In this document: piece after piece, positions 37,088-50,271 of the stretch
Position numbering within the stretch: the first letter of the stretch is position 1
Layout: each line of letters begins with the position of its first letter
Assembly: GCF_024521635.1 (NCBI RefSeq)
Contig: NW_026250406.1
Span: 992,001 to 1,056,000, forward strand
Origin: Tricharina praecox
Lineage: Eukaryota
Direction: 5' to 3'
Length of the DNA: 64,000 nucleotides
Position numbers and translations under genes: made by a program
The notes under the pieces: model-generated
Told to the model about the DNA's origin: nothing
Database searches by the model: none
Seen by the model: only the letters and a program-made list of their open reading frames with translations

Positions 37088-38884
37088 TTATGCGTGGTCG
37101 CCGTTCTGATCCCCATGGTTGGCACTCGCCTCGCGGGTCATTCTCGCCTCACTTCACGTATGCAGTTAGTATCATGCATCGATACACCAGGAAGTTGGGG
37201 ATTATACATCTCTTTGAGCTGGGATTCACGGGCGAGAAGCTCTTGTCGCTTCTCGTTGATCTCGCGCTGCACCTTGAGCTCGATCTCTCGGAGCTTCTCC
37301 TCCTCACGTCGGAGCTGCTCTTCCTTCAGCTTGACGGACTGAGACGCGAGATCCTCGGGGTTCATCGAACTATCATCCAGTCAGTAATGAGCTACCAGCA
37401 GTTGGAAACACAAGGGGGGCCTTACGCAGAAGCACCACCCTCCACAGACTTAGAAAGCTTCTCTGTTCGGTAGTTCTCGTAGAGGAAGTCGTGGGTGATC
37501 TCCTTGAGATCGGCGAGGTGGGAGTGCAACAAAGCCGATCGGATCGCCAGGAAGTCCGAGTGCCTTGGGTTCTCGACTGTACCACTCGCTTAGCATGTAT
37601 CCCAACAGGTCTCCGGTGCCAAACTTGCTACATACCCTCAACAATACCCCAAGGGTACTGTCTGGCGCGAACTTTCCGTCCACCGATCTCCACGGTCTCC
37701 TCGCTTCCGACGATGGCGAACGGCATCAGTCCACGCAGCTCGGCGTTCTCCTCCACGGTATCCTCGTCGTCCTCCTCGATGTCGTAGGGGAAGTTGTAGA
37801 CGGGGATACGGTAGTGCTCGATGTCCTCCATGACCAACTTCTTCGACTCGGCAAGCTCGGCAGGGGTGAGCGAGTCAGCCTTTCCGATGACGGGGATAAC
37901 GTTCACACGGGGTGAGAGGCGTTTCATCAACTCGATATCAAGCTCACGGAGACTGCGATCACTTCCTGTTAGCGTACTGAACTACTACATGTGTGACGGA
38001 TCGCAACATACCCATGGCCGGTAGGAGTGATGAAGTAAAGGAGGGCGTGCACACGGTTGTCGCGGAATCGCGGGTTACGCTTGATACGGGACTCCTCGGC
38101 AAGAATGTCGTCGTACTGGCGCTCGAGGTAGCCAGAGATCTCACCGAAACTAGCAATCCAATTAGCCATAGTTCCGAGAACAGGACACCCCACATCGCAG
38201 AGTATCTCTCTCTTACCTCGCCTCGTTGTCGATCTGGTCGCCGAAACCAGGGGTGTCGACAATCGTCAGGGAAATACGAGTTCCCTCCTCGTCGAGCTCT
38301 GTACAACAGCACGGTAACGTCAGAAACACGGTATGGAACCTCTCGGGGTTGGTGTCTTCGTCAACGAACCGACGGTGACGGGCTTGATCCGTACGCCCTC
38401 CTCAACGTGTGCGTTCTCGGCGTCATCGGCATCCTTGCTCTGTAGGACCTTCTTTCCGCAGAGTGTGTTCACGAAGGTAGTGCGTCCTATTGGGGGAGAA
38501 GAGGGAGGTCACAGCCATTAGTGAGCTGCACAATGAAGTGTCGATGAGGGAGAGAGGGGAGAAAGCGATGAGCGGGGGAGAGAGAGCAAACACACCAGTT
38601 CCAGAAGCACCGCAGACCATCAGGCAAAACTGGATGCCCTTCTTCATCTGCTTCTTGCGGCGAACCTTGTTCATCAGATCAGAAGTTAGCATTAAATTCC
38701 GCGTCGACGCATTCCATTGACGCCGATGCAATGCGATGCATCTTCCTCTTCCATAGCTCCATGTAACTTTGCACTCCTTCCACCATCACCCTCAACGCCG
38801 ATAGTGGGCGGGATAAGGTCTAAGCGGGTTATGGAGCAAAGCAAAGTAGATGGAGCGAGTACATACTGGATGCATTCCGGACAT
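37088..38884 (-). CDS. CDC11: Septin, Cdc11/AspA group; 8 introns
   Basis: MSGMHP|VRRKKQMKKGIQFCLMVCGASGT|GRTTFVNTLC (P-loop), IVDTPGFGDQIDNE, RNPRFRDNRVHALLYFI, IPVIGKADSLT, RARQYPWG, C-terminal coiled coil; stop TAA 37088-37090. Confidence 0.93.
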
Positions 38885-39973
38885 GATTGCGGGGGGTTTG
38901 GATTAGATCTGGGAGGTGATGGTGATGCTGAGGATTCGCGAGGCGACGAGAACTGTGTTCGATGTCGCGATTATTTTTTTCGTAGGAATTGAATTGAAGG
39001 GCGCAGTACAGTTGATGGTGGATGACGGGGGGGAAAGGGGGAAGATTGAGAGAGAGTGAAGCGAGAAACGCGTTGTGTGGGTAGGCGGTAGGACAGGGTC
39101 TAGTCGGAAAGTATGGGTTGGATTTGGGTTGCGGTCTATGTCGGAAAGGGACAACGACACAGAGAGAGAGGAAGGGGAGCAAGACGGGGCGAGTGAGGGC
39201 TGAGGATGGAGAGATGGGGGGAAAGAGAGAGAGAGATAGGAAGAGAAAGGGATAGAGAGAGAGAGAGAAGAAGGCCGCAGCAAATCACAATACGAGTGCT
39301 CGTGAGAAGCACGCCGTTATTGATGTATATCTCGAGCTGTGTGCGAGAACTTGAAGACCCAGAAGAATGAATCCGAACTTGTATGATGATATCTACAGCG
39401 AAGAAGCTCTATTCTCTCTTGATCCTCCTCTTCTCCGGCTCGGCGATCTGCCCTCTGTCCCCTCCCGCCTGCTTCTCAGTCTCTCTCTCCGTTGATGCCT
39501 CTGTCCGCCCCCCTATTTCCTCAAAGCTTGGCGTAGCTGGCTTTAATTGGAGGAGTGGGATGCTGCTGTTGGCGATAATGGAATTGCGAGGCAGCTACCC
39601 ACCGCAGCAAACGAACACTACTGGCCAGAACGAGATGGAGAGTGTATGATGCCGGCCAATAATCTAGAGGTACTGTTGAAGCAGAGTCGACGTCTTATAT
39701 CCTCATCTTCGCCGTCAGATTCTTCTTTCCCCATGATTGATGTCTGTCAGCCATTAGCTTGCGCAGCAGCAGTAGCGCGTCCTTGAGCTCATAGCGCCCA
39801 GCTGTTGGCTGCTGCACCTCAAGCTTGTGAAATGCGGTACTTCCGGGTAAGTGATCGAAGTAATGCACCGGCCAGACGCCCGAGCTCATGTCACACGTCT
39901 GACGCGACTTCTCGCATCACGAATCGCGGCATAATCCACCAACCAACCAGTCCACCACCCATCACTCACAGCC

Positions 39974-40796
39974 ATGAACAACATCCGCGAAATCGAGCGC
40001 TTAAACCAGCTCGAGCTCGACAATGCCGTTGTAAGTTCTTCAGCCCACCTCATTCCATCCTCTAGCTAAACTCAGCCAACAGCCAACCTCAGCGTCATGG
40101 CACAACGACTGGAACGACACGGCCTATGTATACATCGGTGGCCTCCCCTACGAGCTCAGCGAAGGTGACATAATCACAATCTTCAGCCAATTCGGCGAAC
40201 CAACACACGTGAACCTAGTGCGCGACAAAGATACCGGGAAATCCAAGGGGTTTGGGTTCTTGAAGTATGAGGACCAGAGGAGTACAGTGCTTGCCGTTGA
40301 TAATCTGGGTGGAGCAAATATTCTGGGACGGACAATTCGCGTCGATCACTGTCGGTATAAGCCGCCTAAGGAAGGAGAAGAGGAAGGACAGGGGATGGGA
40401 GCCGTCGGTGGGAAGGATGAAGGGGAGCGGGAAGAAAAGAGGAGAAGGACAGAGGAGAAGGAGGAGGAACCCGATACCGCGATGGCAAAGCCTCGTAGGA
40501 GACACCGCAGTCGGTCGAAGGATAGGAAGCGGGATGGGTCAAGGGAACGGAGGCATCGCGACCGCTCGAAGGAAAGGAAGCCCCGTGATCGCTCGCGGGA
40601 ACGGAAGCATCGAGATAGTTCGAAGGAAAGGAGACACCGTGATGGCTCAAAAGAGAGGGAGAGGAAGTCTCGCGATGTTTCCAAGGAGAGGGAGAGGAAG
40701 CACCGCAGTGGTTCGAAGGAAAGGAGGCATCGCGATCATCGGTCACGGTCTAGGGACAGGGAAAGGGAGAGGAAACATCGGTCTCGAAAAGACTGA
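39974..40796 (+). CDS. IST3: RES complex/U2 snRNP RRM protein Ist3/Snu17 (RBMX2) with repetitive RS/RD-rich tail; 1 intron
   Basis: MNNIREIERLNQLELDNAV|PTSASWHNDWNDTAYVYIGGLPYELSEGDIITIFSQFGE...RDKDTGKSKGFGFLKYEDQRSTVLAVDNL; tail of repeated RHRDxSKER units. Confidence 0.93.
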
Positions 40797-41566
40797 AGCA
40801 GTTCACATGCAAGTATGAGGAAACGAATTGATCATGCCTCGAGTAATGGCGGCCAGAAGGAACCTGCAGGGCTCTCTGACTGAAGATATACAGCTTAATG
40901 GCACAATATGGTAATCGGCGATGGGGATGTATTCTAGAACATTACGCAGAGCGGGAGCATTGGCTCCTCCATAGCATCAGCGGTCCACAGAACCCCCTGA
41001 ATATCTCCAACTTCTTCATAGAGGCTCTTCCGCGCAATGCAGTGAAAAAACTCTCACAACTCACCTTTCGTTGCCACAATTTCTTCAAACTTATCGTTGA
41101 GTATCCCAGGAGAGCGCATTCAGGAGGTCCTTCTAGCCTTAGAGATAGGTAGGGAAGAGTCTCCGTTCGAATACCGACAGTCATTATAGCAACAAGATTG
41201 CCCGTGCTAGAACTCTCTAAGCATTAAAAGGTTTTCGTCTGGTATCTCTATCGTTGGCTTGTCGATCTGCAATGTTCATTAACACCTGCGATCCTTCTTG
41301 AAATTGGCGTTGCATCCCGCTCTAGACTGTGCAGGAGCTTGCTAGTAGTATTAGGCCGGGGTGATCGAACGAACCTAGGACCAGAGCTCCTCTCTTTTAC
41401 TGAGCAACAAAGAAAGACCGACAACGACGACGAACATTGTACCCCTCCACTCTCCATCACATCCCGTCATCGATCAATCTCGCCACCACCGATACAACAC
41501 CTCCGCCGCTCCTGATAGAGAAGAACCCCTACACCTACCACGAGCGACCCACCCCTCGAGCACACC

Positions 41567-43407
41567 ATGGTGGGCTTCGACTTCCCGCGCCCGGGCTCCG
41601 CAATGTCCAACGCGTCATCGAACGCGACCGAAAAGGCCGAGAACATGTGGCTGTCTATGTTGTCGTCAGTCACGCTCTCACGACGGCTGCCGCAAAAGTC
41701 GATTCTGGTTCTAGGTACTGCACACACCCGCCGGAGGGGTACGACGGAGGAGGTGGGGATGGCTACCCGCAACAAACCAGGACTGATGCTCTTTCTATTG
41801 AATAGGCGGGACTTCGGATGGCCAGAAGGAGTTTGTGGAGAGCCTTGGTGTCGGCGGTTATAAGAGGGGGAATAAGGCCGCTCCTGTTGCGAATGCGTTT
41901 GCGCTTGGTTACACCTACCAGGACGTGCTGGATGCGGACCATGAAGGTGAATACCTCATAGAACTACTATTCGTCTCGATGATCTAATGTGTGAGCCTAT
42001 AGATGTCCTCGCAAGATTAGGAATCTATCTGATCTCCGAGCCCAGCCCCGCCTTCATCCCGCTCCTCCGACCCCTTTTCACCCCGCAATCACTACCGGAG
42101 ACGCTAATTGTAATTCTACTGGACTGGTCTCGCCCATGGGAGTGGGTGCGACAGATCAAGACGTGGGTACGGTTACTGCGGGGTATATTCACAAGTCTGG
42201 ATGATGACTGCCGGCGGACTCTCGACGATGTTACACAGGCGTGGGAGAGCCGGCGGAGTACGTATGCGGAGGGGAGCGGAGGTGGAGGCGCTGGGGCGGG
42301 ATTGGGCGATGTAGCACTCCCGCTGGGCCCGGGAGAGTTTGATGAACCGATTGGTTTGCCGCTTTGTGTGGTTTGCCAGAATGTGTGTTTCTTCTGTCCA
42401 TGGCGTATGGTCGTTGGGAAATATGTGCGCTGACGACAGCTCCGCTACTACCAGGCTGATAAGATTGAAATGCTGGAGCGAGAACGTGGATGGAAGGAAG
42501 AAGAGTTTGATTTCGTCCTGCAATTCCTACGGACGATCCTCTTGAAACGTACCTCCCTCTTCCGCCTGCGACAGATGGCATCCAACTAACGCACTACAGA
42601 TGGCGCATCGTTGATATACACCACGCCCTCTGTCCCTTCATCTCTACAACCTCTGGTATACTCTATGCTTTCGATCCAATCTCCGCTGCGCCAGCAAACA
42701 TTAAAACACAACGTAATTGAACGCGACAAAGTCTTTGTACCTCCACACTGGGACAGCTGGGGCAAGATCCGTGTTCTCCGCGAAGGCTTCGACGTCGAAG
42801 GCATCCACTCTGGATGGAGTCTTGACATCAACGGTGGTGGTGGCGATGACGCCGCCGCCGCCGGCGAAACAGAGGGTGGCGCAGTAGAGGTCTACGAGGA
42901 AGTCATCAAGGATACTTCCCGAGGTGGAACCGACTCACTTGGGCTGCTCAAGGGCAAAGTAATGGAGGTTCCACCGGTCGATACGCAGGAGTTCCTGGCG
43001 CAGCAGTTTGAAATACTAGAGCTCAAGGCGGCCGAGGACAAGGTTTTGCGTGATGGAAAAGATGCGAAGAAAAAGCGCGATATCGATGATGGCTCGGATA
43101 AGGTCCTCGCTGAGCAGGTCGGCCCGGTCCAGTTCAATGTTGGAGGTATCCAGGTCGACGCGGAAAACATGATGGAGAGCTTGAAGGTATATTAATTCAC
43201 CTGTTTTGTTCATGCGCCCAGGGATGGGAGCTGATGGGATTTTTGCAGCTACGAGAGGCAAGCAGAGCGGGAGGCACAGACACATTGTCGCCATCGCCCA
43301 CACCCCCGAGTGGCCAGGCCGACGGAAAGACCCATAACGAAGTACTGTCGGCGTTTTTCACTTCGCTCATGAAGAAGAAGGTCGGAACAAAACCGTCGGG
43401 GACGTAA
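41567..43407 (+). CDS. Cytoplasmic dynein light intermediate chain; 5 introns
   Basis: NMWLSMLSSV...LPQKSILVLGG, FALGYTY, LLDWSRPWEW, LPLCVVCQN, DFVLQFLRTILLKHGASLIYT, RDKVFVPPHWDSWGKIRVLREGFD, VGPVQFNVGGIQV, C-terminal EVLSAFFTSLMKK. Confidence 0.92.
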
Positions 43408-43713
43408 TAGCTACTGGTATTGGTGCATTTCTTGTGGCGAATTGGAGTGTTGCGGAGGTTGGTTTTGGAGGGGGCTTTGTCTTTTTTTCGTGCTGGAGGT
43501 GTGGCTTTTTCTCTCTTTAATTCCTTCTTTTCTTCTGCTTCTTGTGGATGGACCTCCGTAGTAGAAGACTCTTAGATATCAGCTACATATCATCCTATCT
43601 AGGTGCCCTTCCGGAGCTGTGGCAATGGGCAATGGACATCTCGAATGTCTGCCTTGGCGAGGGGTGCGGAGGATAGGGTACAATACTCTACTCTAAGCAC
43701 GCGTGAGCTTATC

Positions 43714-43939
43714 AATCCAACCCCGCCACCCCACTATCCCACCATCCCCGACGCCGACGACCACCGAACGACGGCCGTCATAAAACCACCACGCACACCG
43801 TGCGGACGCAGTACCCAGATCAAATCCACCCCCGCCACCCCACTATCCCACCACCCCCGACGCCGACGACCACCGAACGACGGCCGTCATAAAACCACCA
43901 CGCACACCGTGCGAACGCAGTACCCAGATCAAATCCACC
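43714..43939. repeat. 109-bp tandem duplication immediately upstream of the NBP35 start codon
   Basis: AATCCA starts at 43714, 43823 and 43932 (period 109). The two copies differ at three positions that I could see (A/C, T/C, G/A). Confidence 0.95.
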
Positions 43940-43948
43940 GCAGCAACA

Positions 43949-45079
43949 ATGGTAGTCGTCTTCCAACCGCCGTCTGTCCCCGACCTCACGCTGCCGCCCA
44001 AGGCAGCTCCCCAACTCGCCGCGCCGGAGCCTGGTACGCTCCCGTCCCTCCCGCGCTGCTCCCCTCCCAGCTAACCCACCCCCCAGAAAACTGCCCCGGG
44101 CCCGAGAGCCAACAGGCCGGCAAAATGGACGCGTGCGCCGGCTGTCCCAACCAAGCCATCTGTGCCACCGCGCCCAAAGGGCCCGACCCCGACCTCCCCG
44201 CCATAACCGCACGCATGTCGACCGTCGCGCACAAGCTCCTGATCCTCTCCGGCAAGGGCGGCGTGGGCAAGTCCACCTTCACCGCGATGCTCGCACACGC
44301 GCTGGCCCAGGCGCCCTCCGTGCAGGTGGGCGTGTGTGACATCGACATCTGCGGGCCCTCTATCCCGCGCATGATGGGGGCCGCGGTAGGAGAGAGTATT
44401 CACGCCTCCGCCTCTGGGTGGTCGCCGGTGTATGTCGCCGATAACTTGGGCGTCATGAGCATACAGTTCATGTTGCCGTCCGAAGACGATGCGATTATCT
44501 GGCGCGGCCCGAAGAAGAATGGGCTGATCAAGCAGTTCCTGAGGGACGTGGAGTGGGGCGAGCTGGATTTCTTGCTGGTCGATACGCCGCCCGGGACGAG
44601 TGATGAGCACTTGAGTGTTAATCAGTACCTGAAGGAGAGTGGCGTTGACGGGGCGGTGGTGGTCACCACGCCTCAGGAGGTTAGCTTGCTCGATGTGAGG
44701 AAGGAAATCAGCTTCTGTAGGAAGGCGGGGATTAAGGTGCTGGGGATCGTGGAGAACATGAGCGGGTTCGTGTGCCCGAACTGCGAGGTACCTTCCCTTC
44801 CCCTATCCCCCTCATAACCTCCAGCCTGCTAACCCACCATAGGGAGAAAGTCAAATCTTCCACGCGACAACCGGCGGAGCACGGGCATTGGCAAAGGAGA
44901 TGGGTGTACCTTTCCTCGGCGCGGTACCATTGGATCCTCGTATCGGTGTGGCATGCGATTATGGCGAGAGCTTCTTCGACGCATACCCCGAGAGTCCGGC
45001 GTGTGATGGGCTCATGGGGATTATTAGAGGGCTGAGGGAGCAGATGGGACTAGGCGAGTTAGGGGAGTATGAGGAGTAA
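43949..45079 (+). CDS. NBP35: Cytosolic Fe-S cluster assembly P-loop NTPase Nbp35; 2 introns
   Basis: N-terminal four-Cys motif [70 protein letters not shown]. Confidence 0.96.
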
Positions 45080-48000
45080 CGAGGACGAAGGGAGAATGGA
45101 AGGGGAGCTGTTAGCTGGCTGAGGCATTGGATGGTGTTTGGCGTTTTGGTGACTGCGTTTAATTCGGATATCATGGCTTTATGGAGTAAAATAGATCGGG
45201 CGCCGTGAGCTGTGTGTGCTATTGAGGGTGGGCCGAGTGATGACTTGAGATTCTGTAATATGGCTCAGGGCTTTTAGGTCCATACGGCCTGTCCGCAGCC
45301 CAGAAGCACCGACCTTTCGGGGAAAGGGGTGGATCTGAAGTGCACGAAGTACAACAGGTACTCGAACACGGTCATCGAAGTCGGAACAGCCAGAATTATC
45401 TGAGGCTGTGGGAAAGGGTTTGCGAGAGAAAATCGATTTGAACGCCTGCAGGCGTGTTCTCACCATGAAAAGTTCCCAACTGAATTTAACCTGAGACCTG
45501 ATCTGGTTCCAACTAGATATGGGCCTGTTCGGTTGCCAGCTGCATTTTGAATCTACCACACAAAATTGAGATGCAGTTTGAAACCATCAGTTTCCGGGCG
45601 ATGAGTGATCGTTCGGCACACCACTCCAAGTTGACAATTTGAGAAACTGCATATTGTCGACTGAGCCACAACTTTATAAATATCTCTATGGACAACCATC
45701 AGTACATACCAGCGTAGTCCTGTAGTCAGAAAAAAGTGTGGCGTGCTGTTGAATATCTGGGTTGCCGAACGAATCATCAGGGAAGATGACAGTTTACAGC
45801 TGCATTTTTGGTAACCTACAACTCGTCAGAAACCCCAGGTTTGAAGACACAGCTGGCGCTCGAACAGGCCCCTAAAAAGTTCCAATTTCGATGACCGTAT
45901 CCGAGTATGTCCCTTACGACTGAAGGAGCAGATGGATATTGTGGGACAAAGGTGTGATGGTGGGCGGACCCGATGCGGTCGCCGCAACGTTGAAATGTTC
46001 TCTGTTGCTGCTTTTATGTTCGTCTAGTCGGTCGGTCTCTTGTTCAACACATCAGACTTTATTCACCACCGCAGACATTATTATCAACACTGCAGAGACA
46101 CCATACTTTGAGGTCGTTCAGTCTGGAGACCACAGGATGCTTTTCTTTCTTGTTGCTTTCTAGTCAACTGAACCAGTCTCACCAGTTGCCCGTACCCGTC
46201 GGGGATCTCTCATTATGGAGTGCAAATATCAATCGACAAAAGCAACTGCCTAGTAGGTATTCCCCACATGGAACATTCTTCCACGGCAACGGAAAAGGGA
46301 AGACCGCTGCCGAACGAACGGATGGGTCTGTGCAGACGAGCATCTTCGGGCTGGGCGATTGGTTGGTCGGTTAAGCTTGGTTACTGCTAGTGATCACCAG
46401 TAGGCGGGAAGTAACTAGCCCCCACCTATCCCGTCCAGACAGCTCACCGGATGACCCGTTTCCATGGTTGCAACATCATGTAACCACGTTATCTACCACG
46501 GTCGTCCCCATCACTACATACCGGTACTAGTAATTCGCGACTTCGGGTCCCGAAAAGCCACCAGAATTCAACCTGAACGAAGCGAGTTTGCTGTAACTCT
46601 AGCGAGTGGCTTGCGGGTTGAGTATTACCGCTGTTTCCCCGAGATTCCTCAGGAGGGCCGGATAATCTCGATTACTCTGGCATGGGGGTAGTAGGACGGA
46701 GACTGAAAGGTGATTGAGGAGGAGAGTGAGAAAAGATTGATGGCTATCTACTCTACTTATGTACCGCAACAGCCGCTCGGGAAGGCCGAGCTTCAATCAG
46801 CTTTCTAGGTGATTTAAGGCGAACCACACCGCCTAGATAGCTCCGGGAATAAACGCACTATGCATTATGCATACCTGTAGTATGAAGAGTGGATCGAGGC
46901 CTCTACATATGTGAGGGATTTCTGTATTTTCTGGGTGTAGTTGGGCGTCGGACGCCGGTTGAAGACACGAGCGATAACTGCTTAGTCCAGTCTTTCCTAT
47001 AATACATACAGGCCTTGGCCACGGCTTCTCCCACGAATCTGGGGGGCTTCAACCGAAAGACTTGCAAAGAATCGCCAGCGGAGTTCTCCATGGCCTCGGT
47101 ACGTAACAGCAACATCGGAGAGAGACATGAATAGTTAAGGGGCACATGAAACAATTAACTAATGGTGATGCCGTGACTCCCACTGGCAATGTCTGACCTA
47201 TGCATACCTACAGCACTCGCTCGCCTGGAAAGAACTGGACATGCCACGATTTCCATCTATATGCATTAGCCACAATAGCCGGCGATCTCGGCTGGCACCA
47301 GCCCCTGCCAACCCAACGACCCATCCAGATACAGCTCCTGGTTGCTCCAGGTTTTTGGGCCGAAGATCCCCCTAGCTAAGGTGTTACGGCTGATGGTTGT
47401 GGCCCGTCTGGGTTCCTTTTAAGCGAGTATTTCGCTACGGTGAGTGAGCAAGCGATATCCATCCAAGGCTGCCAGCGTAATACATACACACCAGTACTTC
47501 CAAGGTCGGGTTTGACATCGGGGTGAAGCTGGGTCGGCTCCAGCGAACGCCACTTTACTCGAGAACAATCACGCAGACCATTACCGATAGTATGTGGATA
47601 CTGTTTCTTCTTCTTACTTCGTATGCATAGCTAATCCCTCAATCGCGAGTCTGTCAGTCACCGTTCGCCCGGAGCCCCAGTATCCACCTCCGCTAGCAGA
47701 ATGCCAAGCCTGACTTCGGAGGTGCCGGTATCATGTATGTACGGCCACTTCGTATACCTACTCTGGAACCTATCTACATACCGTAACTTATGTACCTATC
47801 CCTATCCACCTCGGCCGTTACGTAAATTTGATGGATGAATTCAGAATGCACGGTCAGACTCACCTCACAGGTATCACTCGTGGCTGTCTCGTAGGGCGCC
47901 TACAGACGGACTCTCCGGAACTCTCCACAAATCTATACGCCTGCACAACCAAGCCACGTCGTCTCAAAGTTCGAAGCTCCATGCCAGACTCAAGGGATGG

Positions 48001-48779
48001 CTTGAGGATTGCGTTATCCCGTGCGAACACCATGCACGATGGCATATACCGACTCCCGAGCAATCAAAGCACGAGGTATTTAGGCAATCGTTTGACGACG
48101 ACCCTGTGAATACGCACTCTCGTGGCACGTACTCGGATACGATTAGCGGATTCTGAAACTTTCACCCAAAGATTTGGTTTCCAATGAAGTTTGCTCAGAA
48201 ATTCTCACCGAGAAGATATCTATAGCCAGAGGTGCTTCAATCGGCTCCCAATAATCCTCCCTGCATGACTCGACACATTCTGCATTCAAACTTCGCTGGT
48301 ACTCTGCGAGGCATCTCAGCGGTGAAAATATCGGATGCCGTTACTCTAAGGATCCCAGTTATACGGTAGTGGGTATTGTGGTATGATGCCTACTTCAACC
48401 CATCTCAAAGGAGCGCTCAGGCCCTGCGGAACCAACAGCCCCATACTCCTTGGCGTCCGGTAGATAGTGAAGTCACCTAGCACTCGCCACACTGCTACGC
48501 GAGCTAGAGACCGACCTGCTCCAACCTCTTCGACCTTAACAGAGGACAGACGCAATTTTATACATGGGGGCGGTATGGCGGGCCAATCAGAGTCTCTTCC
48601 ACAATACACTTGACCCAAATTTTGATCCCCACCCAGCGCGAGGGATACGAGGAGCTTATGTATGCGGGACCACAACCTACCGTATATATTGCTCTCATCC
48701 GCCCCCCCGTCCCTCCCCGCCTTGGTTTTGGATGGAGATTTATCCAGAGGTCGGCAGATGATGCCATCGAGAAGGTGCT

Positions 48780-50271
48780 ATGTTCCATTCTCTAGGTCCC
48801 CGAACAGACAATTCACAGCCCTCAAGCGTCCCTCGACCAGTCGCCTACCCTGGCGACAACCTCCCCGATGACAGCCGCGGCCCGATGTTGATCACCACAT
48901 CGGTATTATTGACAACATTAGCCGTGGTATTTGTGGCCGGAAGGGTGTACGGTAGAGCGGTGATTCTGCGCATCACCTGGTGGGATGACTATTGCCTTAT
49001 TATTGCTACAGTAAGACCTAATTTTTGTTTTTGCCCGAAGCGGGACGTTGAGGAAGGACATGCTAAACGGATGGGCTTTGGATAGTTGGCCGTGATTGCA
49101 CATACCACATGTAGCTGTGTAATGGTGTCTAATGGGTATGTCACATCCTTCGAGTGAATTAAAGAGAAGAAAAACGATGAGCTAAGGGACGTCCATCTAG
49201 ATTCGGAAGCCATGTATGGAACGTCGGAATCGAGAATGCATCACCTAACCTGATGGTACTACTCAGCTCAATCCTTTGCGGAGCCGGTCTAATATTTATA
49301 CCCATAGATGGCACACATAGGCCTCCAACTGCACATCATATCTCTGGGCTTTATCAAAGCCTCCCTTCTCCTCCAGCTCACTCGGTTTGCACCGTCACAA
49401 CGCATGAAACTCATGATCTGGTCAATCTTCGCCTTCTCGGGCCTATTCACCCTGGGCGGATGGCTCGCGATGTTATTTATCTGCCAACCGATGTCGTACT
49501 TCTGGGAAAAAGTGGATCCGACCAAGAATGCGAAAGGCTCGTGTGGGAACTTTTCGAAGACGATGGATATCACGGCTGTGATCAGCATCCTGACCGATGC
49601 AATCGTGTGGTTGCTCCCACTCAAGTTTATTTGGCGGATGAGACTACCAGCGAAACGGCAGAAGGCGGGGCTTATGGCGGTGTTTGTGGCGGGTGGACTG
49701 TAGGATTTCCCCCCACCCCCCTCTCTACCTAGAGCTTCACAGACTGATGAGGCCAGTGTCCCACTTGCGGCGGTCGCCCGCATAGTCTACAGCGTCTACA
49801 CCGACGACCCCGAGGAACACGACACAGATCCCACCTGTTCGTCCCACATTTCCTCCCCCTCCCAGTCACGCAAAAAAAAAACTGACCCGCCCAGATCAGC
49901 CCGCCTTACTGGTACTTGCATCCAGTGTGGAACTACACATCGCGGTAATCTGCAGCACAATCCCGACGCTGCGTCCCGTCATGCGTCGTCTCTTCCCTGG
50001 CCTGCTGGGCACTTACAACTCTACCGAAGAGGATGTCAACCCGAACATCAACCCGAACAACAATATCTCTACATACCATTCCCACGCTTGCTCGACAAAT
50101 ATTGGACTAAGTACTGTCCGCTCGAAGTCTGGGGGTGATAAGTTTTCGCAGAGTACTGAGGAGTTTGCTGTGCCAGCGCCGGGGGAAGCGACAGAGACGG
50201 GGAGCCCAGCAGTGAGCACGGACAGTGTTATCGTGATAGTGCCAAATAAAAGAGAGATGGAAAGTGTTTGA
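48780..50271 (+). CDS. PTH11-like integral membrane protein (fungal rhodopsin-domain GPCR-like, no CFEM seen); 5 introns; start codon uncertain
   Basis: RVYGR...WWDDY, GFGSHVW, IKASLL, FICQPM..FW, SILTD..VWLLPL..IWRMRL, ELHIAVICSTIPTLRP; exons join in frame. Confidence 0.88.

Noticed and set aside
22146..45079. Stwintrons, non-GT donors, in-frame stops needing A-to-I editing, or readthrough-derived PTS1 extensions
   Set aside because: All conserved genes could be spliced with ordinary GT-AG introns into uninterrupted frames, and the stops I checked are not followed by PTS1-ending extensions.
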